64,000 bases of DNA from Caulobacteraceae bacterium (GTDB taxonomy: Bacteria; Pseudomonadota; Alphaproteobacteria; Caulobacterales; Caulobacteraceae). Each line of letters starts with the position of its first letter. Position 1 is the stretch's first letter. The notes beneath the pieces were generated by a model, which had not been told where the DNA came from, ran no database searches, and was given only the letters and a program-made list of their open reading frames with translations. The stretch lies in assembly GCA_965283675.1 (NCBI GenBank), contig CBDIPQ010000005.1, positions 91,196 through 155,195 of the forward strand. The letters are read 5' to 3'. Shown here piece after piece: positions 52,128 to 60,958 of the stretch. The position numbers were made by a program, and so were the translations under genes.

Positions 52128-53353
52128 GCGGCCCGGCCTTCCAGGACGGTGACGACGGTGGCCGCCTCCTCGACGCCGAGGAAGCCGCCGCCGTTCTCGG
52201 CCACGGCGATGCGGGCGTCTCCGACCTGCCGCGCTCCGGCCTCGCCGCGCAGCTGGGTGGTCAGTTCGAACAACTGGGCGAGGCCCGTGGCGCCGACGGG
52301 ATGGCCCTTGGCGACGAGACCGCCGGAGGGGTTCACGGGTGTTCTGCCGCCCAGCGCGAAGTCGCCGGCCGCCGCGCGGGCGCCGACGGTTCCGGGTTCG
52401 GCGAGGCCCAGGTTCTCGATCTGCTGGAGCTCGGCGTAGCTGGTGGCGTCGTGGACCTCGGCCAGATCGATGTCCTGGGGGGCGACGCCCGCCTGTTCGT
52501 AGGCCGCCAGGGCGGCGCGGCGACCGATGTGGTTGTCGAAGTCGCGGGCGTCGCGAGCCCCGGCGCCGGCCAGGACGCAGCCCCGAATACGGACCGCGCG
52601 GGCCTCGCCGCCCAGCCGCTTGAGACCGCGCGCGGAGCAGACGACGGCGGCGGCGGCGCCGTCGCTGACCGGGGCGCACATGGCGCGGGTGAAGGGGAAC
52701 ACGATGGGCTTGTCGGCCAGCACCTGCTCCGCCGTCATCGGCGTGCGGTACTGGGAGCGGGGATTGTGCTGCGCCGCCGTGTGGTTCTTGGCCGCCAGCT
52801 GGGCGAGGTCGAGCTGGGTCGAGCCGAAGCGAGCCATGTGGGCGCGGGCCTGGGCGGCGTACAGGTCCATGAACAGGCTGCGGCCGTCCTCGGGAGCGTC
52901 TCCGCCCATGGCGCGGATGTAGTCGAGCACGCCCGCGCGATCGTGGATGTCCGTACCGCCGGCGAAAGCGGCCGCGACGCGGTCCGGGCGGTCGGGGAAG
53001 ACCATCTTCTCGACCCCGACGACGAGGGCGATGTCGCCCGCCCCGGCGCGGAGCCAGTGGACGGCCTGGAGCAGGGCGGTCGAGCCGGAGGCGCAGGCGT
53101 TCTCGACGTTGACGACGGGGACGCCGGTCAGACCGAGCGGACGCAGGGCGATCTGGCCGCGCACCGTGTTCTGACCCTCCAGCATGGGCTGGCGGGTGTT
53201 GGAGAACCAGGCCGCCTCGATGTCGGCGACGGTCGCGCCCGCGTCGGTCAGGGCCTCGGCGACGGCCTCGGCGGTCAGCGACTTGACGCTGTCGTCCGGC
53301 CGCTTGCCGAAGGCGGTCATGGAGACACCGGCGAGGAAGACGTCGTCGCTCAT
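52124..53353 (-). CDS. SCP2-type thiolase family protein
   Basis: NVENACASG, EVHDA, NPSGGLVAKGHPVGATG, ENGGG; ATGA overlap gives start 53353. Confidence 0.9.
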   Translation of the reverse strand: MSDDVFLAGVSMTAFGKRPDDSVKSLTAEAVAEALTDAGATVADIEAAWFSNTRQPMLEGQNTVRGQIALRPLGLTGVPVVNVENACASGSTALLQAVHWLRAGAGDIALVVGVEKMVFPDRPDRVAAAFAGGTDIHDRAGVLDYIRAMGGDAPEDGRSLFMDLYAAQARAHMARFGSTQLDLAQLAAKNHTAAQHNPRSQYRTPMTAEQVLADKPIVFPFTRAMCAPVSDGAAAAVVCSARGLKRLGGEARAVRIRGCVLAGAGARDARDFDNHIGRRAALAAYEQAGVAPQDIDLAEVHDATSYAELQQIENLGLAEPGTVGARAAAGDFALGGRTPVNPSGGLVAKGHPVGATGLAQLFELTTQLRGEAGARQVGDARIAVAENGGGFLGVEEAATVVTVLEGRAA

Positions 53354-55044
53354 GCGATCGGCCGCCGTCGCTGGACGATGCGGAAGCGCGAGGCGACGAA
53401 GGCCAGGTCGGCCAGGCAGGCGTTGCCCGCAGGGTTCAGGCCGGTGACGTGATAGTCGCTGTAGGCGGCGGCGAAATTGATCCACATCGCGCCGGTCAGA
53501 TTGATCGACAGATTGGCCCCGGCGGCCTCGTAGGCGGGGACGGCGCGGTCGATGAAGGCCTCGTCGGTCGAGTAGAGATAGGAGCTGATCGAGCCCCTGG
53601 TCCTGGCCAGCCAGGTCGCCTCCATCACCGCCTCGTCGGCGGGGCGGGAGACGAGGAAGAGGACCGGGCCGAAGCGTTCCTCGGCGTAGATCTCGGGATC
53701 GCCCGCGCCTTCGACCGCGATGACCAGCGGGGTCAGGGTGCGGGCGTCGGGGAACTGAGGGTGGGTGTAAGCGCCGGCCTCGCGCAGGACGCGGGCGCCC
53801 GGCGTGGCGTCGGCGGCGCGGCGGGCCTCGGCGACCACGTCGAGGCTGACCTGCCCCTGGATGGCGCCCATGATCCCGGCGGCCTGGGCCGGGTCGGCGG
53901 CGATGGCGTCAATCTGATCCACGATGGCCGAAGACATGGCCTCGAACAGGTCGGGCGCGATGTAGATCACCTGCGGGCTGGTGCACATCTGGGCCGAGAA
54001 CAGGCTGGAGGAGCGGGCGACGGCGCGGGCGACGGCGCCCAGGCCTGCTTGATTTTGGGGGACGCTGTCGATGACGACGGTGTTGACGCCCGCGGTCTCG
54101 GTGAACAGCAGCTTGCCGGTCACCGTCCGCTCCAGATGGCCGCCGTATCGGGGGCTTCCGGTGAAGTCGATGATCTGGACGTCCGGGTGGTCGATGAAGC
54201 GGCCCGCGACGGGCTCGGCCAGCGCATCCACGGCCAGGGTCACCAGGTTCGGATCGAAGCCGAAATCGGCCAGGACCTGACGGCAGGTCTCGACCACCAG
54301 GGCCATGGGCAGGACGGCGATGGGGTGCGGCTTGACGATGACCGGATTGCCCGTGGCCAGGCTGGCGAACATGGCCGGATAGGCGTTCCAGGTCGGGAAG
54401 GAGGCGCAGCAGATGACCAGGCCGACGCCGCGCGGGACCAGGGTGTAGGTCTTCCTCAGCGCCACCTGATCGGCGCCGAAGGGGCGGTGGTAGTCGGCGG
54501 TCGGCGTCACGTCGCGCATGGCCTTGGCGGCGTAGGCCAGCGCCTCGACGCCGCGGTCGAGCGCATTGGGGCCCGAGCCGCTGAAGGCCTGGGTGTAGCT
54601 TTGACCCGCCACATGCATGACCGCGTGGGCCATCTCGAAATTGCGGTCGTAGAGCCGCTGCGCCATCTCCAGGCACAGGGCGAGGCGGAGCTCGAAATCG
54701 ACCTCGCGCCACTGCGCCATGGCGGTGATGGCGGACGCCACCAGCGCGTCCGGGTCGCTGACCGGATAGCGGATGTCGAGGGGCTGCTGCGTATAGGGCG
54801 AGACCTCCTCGCCGACCGTGGCGCCGGTCGCGCCGGGCTGATCCAGGTCGAAGGTCGTTCCCAGCCGGGACTCGAAGGCGGCCTTGCCGGCGGGCGGCTT
54901 GTCCGGGCCGTGGATCTTCGTCGAGGGCAAGTCGCTGAACGGGCTCCAGGCCTGACGCGTGCGCACGGCCTGGATGGCGGCGTCCAGCGTCGCGGCGTGG
55001 CGCGCGATCAGTTCGGCGTGACGATCAAGCGGGCCCCCGTCCAT
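53350..55044 (-). CDS. paaN: PaaN-like aldehyde dehydrogenase
   Basis: QAFSGSGPNALDRGVEA, CASFPTWNAYP, FTETAGVN, catalytic QMCTSPQ, NFAAAYSDYHVTGLNPAGNA. Confidence 0.88.
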   Translation of the reverse strand: MDGGPLDRHAELIARHAATLDAAIQAVRTRQAWSPFSDLPSTKIHGPDKPPAGKAAFESRLGTTFDLDQPGATGATVGEEVSPYTQQPLDIRYPVSDPDALVASAITAMAQWREVDFELRLALCLEMAQRLYDRNFEMAHAVMHVAGQSYTQAFSGSGPNALDRGVEALAYAAKAMRDVTPTADYHRPFGADQVALRKTYTLVPRGVGLVICCASFPTWNAYPAMFASLATGNPVIVKPHPIAVLPMALVVETCRQVLADFGFDPNLVTLAVDALAEPVAGRFIDHPDVQIIDFTGSPRYGGHLERTVTGKLLFTETAGVNTVVIDSVPQNQAGLGAVARAVARSSSLFSAQMCTSPQVIYIAPDLFEAMSSAIVDQIDAIAADPAQAAGIMGAIQGQVSLDVVAEARRAADATPGARVLREAGAYTHPQFPDARTLTPLVIAVEGAGDPEIYAEERFGPVLFLVSRPADEAVMEATWLARTRGSISSYLYSTDEAFIDRAVPAYEAAGANLSINLTGAMWINFAAAYSDYHVTGLNPAGNACLADLAFVASRFRIVQRRRPIA

Positions 55045-55046
55045 GG

Positions 55047-56195
55047 TCAGCCGATCCGTTCGACGATCATGGCCGCGCCGACGCCCTGGGCGCCCGCCGC
55101 GACGACCAGGCCGTAGCGGCCCTCGGCGACGTCCAGCGCATCGAGCAGGGACGACAGCAGGATGGCGCCGGTCGCGCCCATCGGGTGCCCCTTGGCGAGG
55201 TGGCCGCCGCCGACGTTGACCCGGTCGACGTCCACGTCCCGCTCGCGCAGGAATTTCACGATGGTGACGGCGAAGGCCTCCATGAACTCGATGCGGTCCA
55301 TGTCGCCCAGCGTCAGTCCGGCCTTGGCGAGGGCCCGGTCCATGGCGGTGAAGCCGGCGGTCAGCGAGGCCTCGGGATCGCCCCCGGCCTCGGCGTAGGC
55401 GACGATCCGCGCGCGCGCGCCGTCGGCGGCGGCGCTGACCAGGGCCAGGCCGGCGCCGTCGCACATGGGCGGGGCGTGGGCGACGGTGTGGCGGTGGTCG
55501 ATGGTCCGGCCGCCCAGGGCCTCGGCGTACTGTTCGCCCAGCGGGGCGAAGGCGGCGGGCATGGCCGCAAGGCTTTCGGCTGTGGTCGAGGCGCGGGCGG
55601 GCTCTTCCCTGTCGAGACCGTTCAGGGGAATGCGCGACTTGGTCAGGGCCGTGCCCTCGGCGGCGGCGGTGCGCTGCTGCGAGCGCAGGGCGGCGTCGTC
55701 CATCTCCTGACGCGACACGCCGATGTCCTCGGCCAGGCGGTCGGCGGCGACCACGACGGGGATGTAACGGGTGCGCAGGGGGAAGCTGGCGTCCTCATAG
55801 TAGTCGGCCTTGTCGCCCATGAAGGGGACGCGGCTCATCATCTCGACCCCGCCCGCCAGCGCGGTCTTCGCATCCCCGGCGGCGATCATGTTGGCGGCCT
55901 GTCCGATCGCGGTCAGGCCCGAGACGCAGTAGTTGTTCAGGCTGAAGGCATAGGCGTCGTCGGGCAGGCCCGCGTGCATCTTGGTCACGAGGGCGACGTT
56001 GGCGCCCTGGGCCCCGACCTGGCCCACGGCGCCCAGGATCAGGGCGTCGGCCCTGTGCGCCGCGCCGCCGTTACGGGCGTCGAGCGCATCGATCAGACCG
56101 GCGACCAGTTCATGCGGCTTGAGGGACGCGAGGCCGCCGTCGGGGCGGGCCTTGGCGCGGGGCGTACGGACGGCGTCGACGATGTAAGCAGTCAT
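55047..56195 (-). CDS. Acetyl-CoA C-acyltransferase (thiolase)
   Basis: AYIVDAVRTP, NNYCVSG, NVGGGHLAKGHPMGATG; the C-terminal CxG cysteine is absent. Confidence 0.88.
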   Translation of the reverse strand: MTAYIVDAVRTPRAKARPDGGLASLKPHELVAGLIDALDARNGGAAHRADALILGAVGQVGAQGANVALVTKMHAGLPDDAYAFSLNNYCVSGLTAIGQAANMIAAGDAKTALAGGVEMMSRVPFMGDKADYYEDASFPLRTRYIPVVVAADRLAEDIGVSRQEMDDAALRSQQRTAAAEGTALTKSRIPLNGLDREEPARASTTAESLAAMPAAFAPLGEQYAEALGGRTIDHRHTVAHAPPMCDGAGLALVSAAADGARARIVAYAEAGGDPEASLTAGFTAMDRALAKAGLTLGDMDRIEFMEAFAVTIVKFLRERDVDVDRVNVGGGHLAKGHPMGATGAILLSSLLDALDVAEGRYGLVVAAGAQGVGAAMIVERIG

Positions 56196-56203
56196 ACTGA
56201 TCC

Positions 56204-57673
56204 TCAGGCGGCGACTTGTGCGCCGGGCGCCCAGGTCCCGTGGAAGCCGGCGGGCACGCGGGCGGGCAAGGGAATGCGGGCGATAGGGCCGGCCTCGAAA
56301 TCCTTGGCCGCGATGACCTGGACCTCGGAGGCGCCCGTGGCCTCGTCGGTGGTGAAGACGATGACGTAGCCGTCGTCTTCGTCGACCGCGCCGACGCGGG
56401 GGGCGAAGGCGGGCTCCGAGCCGCCGACGCCGGGCGCGAAGTCATGCGTCTTCGCCGCGCCGGTGTTGAGGTCGTACTTGATCAGGCCCGAGAAGCGCTG
56501 CAGTTCCTGCTTCGCCATCGAGACATGGTAGGACCAGTTCGTCTTGCGGCCGGTGTAGTCGAGGTTGACCACCGGGAACTCGCCGATGCGGTCGTCCAGC
56601 CGGCGCTTCTTCACCTCGCCCGTGACCATGTTCATGCGCCACTCGACCGGCACGGCGTTCAGCGCCAGCACATTGACCATCGAGGCGTAGGGGCCATAGG
56701 CCGGGTTCGGCGGATAGCCGTTCGGCGTCATCATGCAGGCGGTCATGACGACCTCGTCGCCGTCCTCCCAGGCGTTGACGACGTGGTAGATGTAGCAGGT
56801 CTCGGTTTCGAACCAGCGGACCTGATCGCCCTTGCCGTTCTTGGGGACGACGCCGAAGCGGGCGGGCTGGTCGGCCACCTTGATCTGCCACATCGAGTTG
56901 CGCAGTCCGGCCTCGGTGAAGACCACCGGGAGGTCGTGCAGGATGATGTAGTTCTCGGTCAGGCCCATGTCGTGCGGCAGGCGCGGTCCGGGCAGGTCGA
57001 CCTTCTGGAAATTGGTCAGGTTGTTCTGGGCATCGACCACGCCGAAGGTCATCCACGGCTCGTAGAGCGAATAGTCGAAGAAGCAGAACTCGCCGGTCTT
57101 GGGATCGACCTTGCCGTGGGCCGAGACGTGGCGGGGCAGGGCGCCGCCGAAGGTCTCGTTGCCGATCGTCTCCAGGGTGTTGGCGTGGACCCGCACCGGC
57201 TTGCCCGAGATGTACCAGAGCGCCATCAGCGAGCCGTTGTGGAAGACCAGATCGGTGTTGGCCGTGTCCTTGTAGACGAGGTCGCCGCGCTGCGACCCCG
57301 GACGGGTCCGCGCCGAGGGGGCCATGACCCCGCCCGCGTGGATGTCGAGCCCGGCCTTTTCGGCGCGGTAGTCGTCGGTTCCGACATAGCGGTTGCGGTA
57401 TTCGGCCTTGCCGTTCTCGAACCAGATGGCGTGGACCATGCCGTCGCCGTCGAACCAGTGATGCAGGCCCGCCGGCGCCTGGGCCGGGTTGGGACCATTG
57501 CGCACGAAGGCGCCGTACAGGTCTTTGGGAATCTCGCCGATGACGGGCAGGTCCAGCGCCGTCGTCTCGGTCGCCACAGGCTCGTAGAGGCCCTGCAGAT
57601 AGGGGTTCAACTGGTTCAGCGGGGTGAGTTCACCGGTCTCGATCCGGCGCGCCGCGGTCGCGTCATCGGCCAT
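56204..57673 (-). CDS. Carotenoid-cleavage-oxygenase (RPE65/CCO) family dioxygenase 2
   Basis: RNGPNP, HWFDGDGM, YRNRYV; His motifs SAHGK, PHDM, IYHV, GFHGTW. Confidence 0.93.
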   Translation of the reverse strand: MADDATAARRIETGELTPLNQLNPYLQGLYEPVATETTALDLPVIGEIPKDLYGAFVRNGPNPAQAPAGLHHWFDGDGMVHAIWFENGKAEYRNRYVGTDDYRAEKAGLDIHAGGVMAPSARTRPGSQRGDLVYKDTANTDLVFHNGSLMALWYISGKPVRVHANTLETIGNETFGGALPRHVSAHGKVDPKTGEFCFFDYSLYEPWMTFGVVDAQNNLTNFQKVDLPGPRLPHDMGLTENYIILHDLPVVFTEAGLRNSMWQIKVADQPARFGVVPKNGKGDQVRWFETETCYIYHVVNAWEDGDEVVMTACMMTPNGYPPNPAYGPYASMVNVLALNAVPVEWRMNMVTGEVKKRRLDDRIGEFPVVNLDYTGRKTNWSYHVSMAKQELQRFSGLIKYDLNTGAAKTHDFAPGVGGSEPAFAPRVGAVDEDDGYVIVFTTDEATGASEVQVIAAKDFEAGPIARIPLPARVPAGFHGTWAPGAQVAA

Positions 57674-57712
57674 GGTTCGGCTCCTTGGGTCTTGAAATGC
57701 AATCTGCTCTTG

Positions 57713-57734
57713 CCGGTCCGTTTGTGCAAGTCAT
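57713..57734 (-). promoter_or_regulatory. Cluster-wide operator motif copy
   Basis: ATGACTTGC ACAAAC GGACCGG, 40 bp upstream of dioxygenase 2. Confidence 0.62.
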
Positions 57735-58645
57735 GATAGGCGCACGGCGGTCGCCGGACGGGCCTTCAGGAAGGCCTCGAAGGCGGCGTTTCCGTCGGTC
57801 GGCAGGGTCCAGTCCTCGAGCGACATCAGCGGGCCCATGGCCGCGGTCAGGTCGTCAGGAGAGACTTCGCCCGGCGGATCGAACTGGACGCCGGGACCCT
57901 CGATCCGGACGGCGCGGCGGACCTTGCCGGCGCCCGCCACCAGGGTCTCGCCGTTCAGCGGGCAGGCCGCGGTCATCAGCCAGCTGACCACCGGGGCGAC
58001 GTATTCGGGCGGCATGGCCTGGCCGACCTCGTCGGTGACATAGGCCTCGGTCATGCCGGTCAGGGCGTAGGGGGCGACGGCGTTGGCGTGCACGCCCCTG
58101 GAGGCGCCTTCCAGGGCGATGACCCGCATCAGGCCGATCAGCGCCGCCTTGGACGAGGAATAGGCGGCCATGCCGTGCACCCCGTGCAGGCCGGCCGCGG
58201 AGGTGGTGATGGCGATCCGCCCCGCGCCCTGGTCGCGCATGTGGCGGTAGATCGGCAGGGTGGCGCTGACCGTGCCGAAGAAGTTGATGTCGAAGACGGC
58301 CCGCAGCTCGGCCAGGGTCTGTTTGTGCAGGCTTCTGGCTTCGGGAGCGCCGGCGTTGTTCACCAGCCCGTCGATGCGGCCGAAGGCGGCGAGGGCGGCC
58401 TCCAGCAGGCGGTCTCCGGCGTCATCCTGTTCGACCCCGAGCGCGCAGGCGACGGCTTCGCCGCCGGCGGCCCGGATTCGCTCGACCACGGCCTCGGCCG
58501 AGGCCGGCTGGCCCGACGGGCGGGGCCGGGTGTTGACCACCACCTTCGCCCCGCGGGACGCCAGATCCAGCGCATAGGCCAGGCCCAGGCCGCGCCCGGC
58601 GCCCGTGACCACGATGACCCGGTCCTTCAACGACCGCTGTTCCAT
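57731..58645 (-). CDS. SDR-family oxidoreductase (MFE-2 3-hydroxyacyl-CoA-dehydrogenase-like)
   Basis: TGAGRGLG, NNAG, GLHG...YSSSK; GGAGGG RBS favours start 58645. Confidence 0.9.
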   Translation of the reverse strand: MEQRSLKDRVIVVTGAGRGLGLAYALDLASRGAKVVVNTRPRPSGQPASAEAVVERIRAAGGEAVACALGVEQDDAGDRLLEAALAAFGRIDGLVNNAGAPEARSLHKQTLAELRAVFDINFFGTVSATLPIYRHMRDQGAGRIAITTSAAGLHGVHGMAAYSSSKAALIGLMRVIALEGASRGVHANAVAPYALTGMTEAYVTDEVGQAMPPEYVAPVVSWLMTAACPLNGETLVAGAGKVRRAVRIEGPGVQFDPPGEVSPDDLTAAMGPLMSLEDWTLPTDGNAAFEAFLKARPATAVRLS

Positions 58646-58654
58646 CCGCCCCTC

Positions 58655-58676
58655 CATGCTTGCGTAAAAAGACTTG
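58655..58676 (+). promoter_or_regulatory. Cluster-wide operator motif copy
   Basis: CATGCTTGC GTAAAA AGACTTG in the divergent SDR/receptor gap. Confidence 0.55.
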
Positions 58677-58681
58677 CAAAC

Positions 58682-58703
58682 TTGGTCCGTTGGCGCAAGT
58701 TAC
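58682..58703 (-). promoter_or_regulatory. Cluster-wide operator motif copy
   Basis: GTAACTTGC GCCAAC GGACCAA, inverted relative to the copy at 58655. Confidence 0.65.
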
Positions 58704-58759
58704 TATTCCTGTCGAGCTTTCGATCAACGAGAGCCGCTGCCCTGGGGAGGGAAACGCCA

Positions 58760-60958
58760 ATGAAGTTCGTTCACGCCACAACCGCCTCCGTCGCCGCCCT
58801 GATGCTGGGGGCCGCGCTCGCCGCGCCCGCCGCCGCGCAGGAGGCGCCGCCGCAGGACGCCGCCACCCTCGACGAGGTGATCGTCACGGCGCAGCGCCGC
58901 GAGCAGAGCCTGCAGGACGTGCCGATCGCCATCACCGCCTTCAACGCCGAGACGCTGGAGCGCACGGCGGCGACAGGCATCCAGGACATCGCGGCCAAGG
59001 CGCCGGGCGTGACCCTGACCCAGTTCAACATCGGCGAGCCGCAGCTCTACATCCGCGGCGTCGGGTCCTCGAGCAACTCGGCGGCCAGCGATCCCTCGAT
59101 CGGCGTCTCCATCGACGAGGTGTCGATCGGCCGGTCGGGCGCCAGCGCCCTGGCCTTCCTCGACATCGAACGGGTCGAGGTCCTGCGCGGGCCGCAGGGG
59201 ACGCTGTACGGCCGTAACGCCTCAGGCGGGGCGCTGAACATCTACACCCGCAAGCCGGTCTTCCAGAACACCGGCAGCCTGACGGCCCGGATCGGCAGCT
59301 TCGACGAGTACGGGCTCGAAGGGGTGGTGAACCGCCAGCTGGACGACGAGACCGCGATCCGCTTCGCCGCCCGCTACAACACCAACGACGGCTATGCCGA
59401 GAACGTCCCGACCGGCCGGGGGCTGGAGGGCGGAACGTCCTTGGGCGCGCGCGTGTCGGTGCTGAAGGAGGCGGGCGAATGGAGCCTCCTGCTGAGCGGC
59501 GACTATTCGAAGGACGACATGGACGGGCACGCCCGCATCCCGGTCACGACCTCGGCCACCGCGCCGGCCTTCGTCACCCTGATCAATACCCTGCGGACGG
59601 GCCTGGACCGGCGGCAGAGCTTCTCGTCGCCGGACAACTATCAGGACCGCACCAATTTCGGCGTGACGGCGCGGGTCGAGCATTCCGGCCAGGCGTTCGA
59701 CTTCGTCTCCCTGACCTCGTTCCGGGACAACGACTACAGCTGGCGGGACAATCTGGGCGGCCTGCCGTTCCCGGCCTTCCCGCTGGAGGTGGACGACCGG
59801 GCCTCGGAGAAGGCGCGCCAGTTCAGCCAGGAGTTCCGGCTGGCGTCCAAGCCGGGATCCGACATCAACTGGGTCGCCGGCGCCTATGTGTTCCAGGAAG
59901 ACATCCTGCGGAGCGAGCGCTTCATCGTGAACACGGCGCTGCCCATCGCGCCGCCGTCGTTCGGCGGCGACACCACCTTCATCCAGGATGCGACCAACCG
60001 CAGCTTCGCCGTCTTCGGCCAGGCCAACATCCCGTTCGCGGACATCTGGGAGCTGACGCTGGGCGCCCGGTGGACGCATGACAAGCGCGAGATCCACCAG
60101 ATCGCGATCGACAACGAGGGCGGCGCCAATCCGCCTCCGGGCATTCCGCTGGGGCCGGGCGGCGCGCCCTACAACGTCAGCGGCGACGAGAGCTTCAGCG
60201 AGCCGAGCTGGAAGATCGCCCTGGCGGTCGAGCCGGTCGACAACGTGCGCCTCTACGCCAGCTATGACCGGGGCTACAAGGCGGGGGCCTTCCCGTCGAC
60301 GGCCCAGTCCGGCGCCCAGGCGCTGACGCCGCTCGCGTCGGAACTGCTCGACAACTACGAGATCGGGGTGAAGTCGACCCTGATGGGCCGGCTGCGCTTC
60401 AACGCGGCGGCGTTCAAGCTCGAGTACACCGACCTGCAGGTCTATGAGCTGCTGGGACTGGCGCTGGTCACCTCCAACGCCCAGGCCGAGGTGGACGGGT
60501 TCGAGATCGAGACCGCCCTGGCGATCACCAACAACCTGACCATCGGCGGCTCGTACACCAGCCTGGATGCGAAGTTCACGTCGAACGCCGCATCGGGCGC
60601 GCTGGTCCTGCCCTACAACGGCAACACCCTGCCGCGGTCGCCGGACAGCCAGTACACCCTGTACATCGACAGCGAATGGGACGTGGCCGGCGGCGTGCTG
60701 GCGGCGCGGGCCGACTATCAGTGGACCGACGCCTTCTACTTCGATCCGTCGAACAACCCCGAGGTCCTGTCGCCGGAGCACGAGCTGGTCAGCGCCTTCC
60801 TGTCGTGGGAGTCGCCGTCGGGCCTGAAGATCTCGGCCTACGGCAAGAACCTGACGGACACCGAGTACCAGACCCACATCATCAAGAACGTGGGCGTGGG
60901 CTTCAGCGTCTTCGGGGCGCCGCGCTCTTTCGGCGTGGCCCTGAGCCAAAGCTTCTAG
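58760..60958 (+). CDS. TonB-dependent receptor
   Basis: GGGGAGG RBS, signal peptide, DEVIVTAQRRE, ERVEVLRGPQGTLYGRN, terminal F. Confidence 0.95.
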   Translation: MKFVHATTASVAALMLGAALAAPAAAQEAPPQDAATLDEVIVTAQRREQSLQDVPIAITAFNAETLERTAATGIQDIAAKAPGVTLTQFNIGEPQLYIRGVGSSSNSAASDPSIGVSIDEVSIGRSGASALAFLDIERVEVLRGPQGTLYGRNASGGALNIYTRKPVFQNTGSLTARIGSFDEYGLEGVVNRQLDDETAIRFAARYNTNDGYAENVPTGRGLEGGTSLGARVSVLKEAGEWSLLLSGDYSKDDMDGHARIPVTTSATAPAFVTLINTLRTGLDRRQSFSSPDNYQDRTNFGVTARVEHSGQAFDFVSLTSFRDNDYSWRDNLGGLPFPAFPLEVDDRASEKARQFSQEFRLASKPGSDINWVAGAYVFQEDILRSERFIVNTALPIAPPSFGGDTTFIQDATNRSFAVFGQANIPFADIWELTLGARWTHDKREIHQIAIDNEGGANPPPGIPLGPGGAPYNVSGDESFSEPSWKIALAVEPVDNVRLYASYDRGYKAGAFPSTAQSGAQALTPLASELLDNYEIGVKSTLMGRLRFNAAAFKLEYTDLQVYELLGLALVTSNAQAEVDGFEIETALAITNNLTIGGSYTSLDAKFTSNAASGALVLPYNGNTLPRSPDSQYTLYIDSEWDVAGGVLAARADYQWTDAFYFDPSNNPEVLSPEHELVSAFLSWESPSGLKISAYGKNLTDTEYQTHIIKNVGVGFSVFGAPRSFGVALSQSF

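Noticed and set aside
53350-55044. Phenylacetate (paa) catabolic operon
   Set aside because: Only PaaN-like and PaaI-like genes are present; no epoxidase paaABCDE, paaG, paaK or paaX in the window
47972-58759. Long N-terminal extensions or fusions implied by the ORF track (664, 680, 453, 704 and 956 aa)
   Set aside because: The extensions overlap upstream genes in another frame; ATGA overlaps or RBSs give shorter starts at 48925, 52127, 53353, 55044 and 58760
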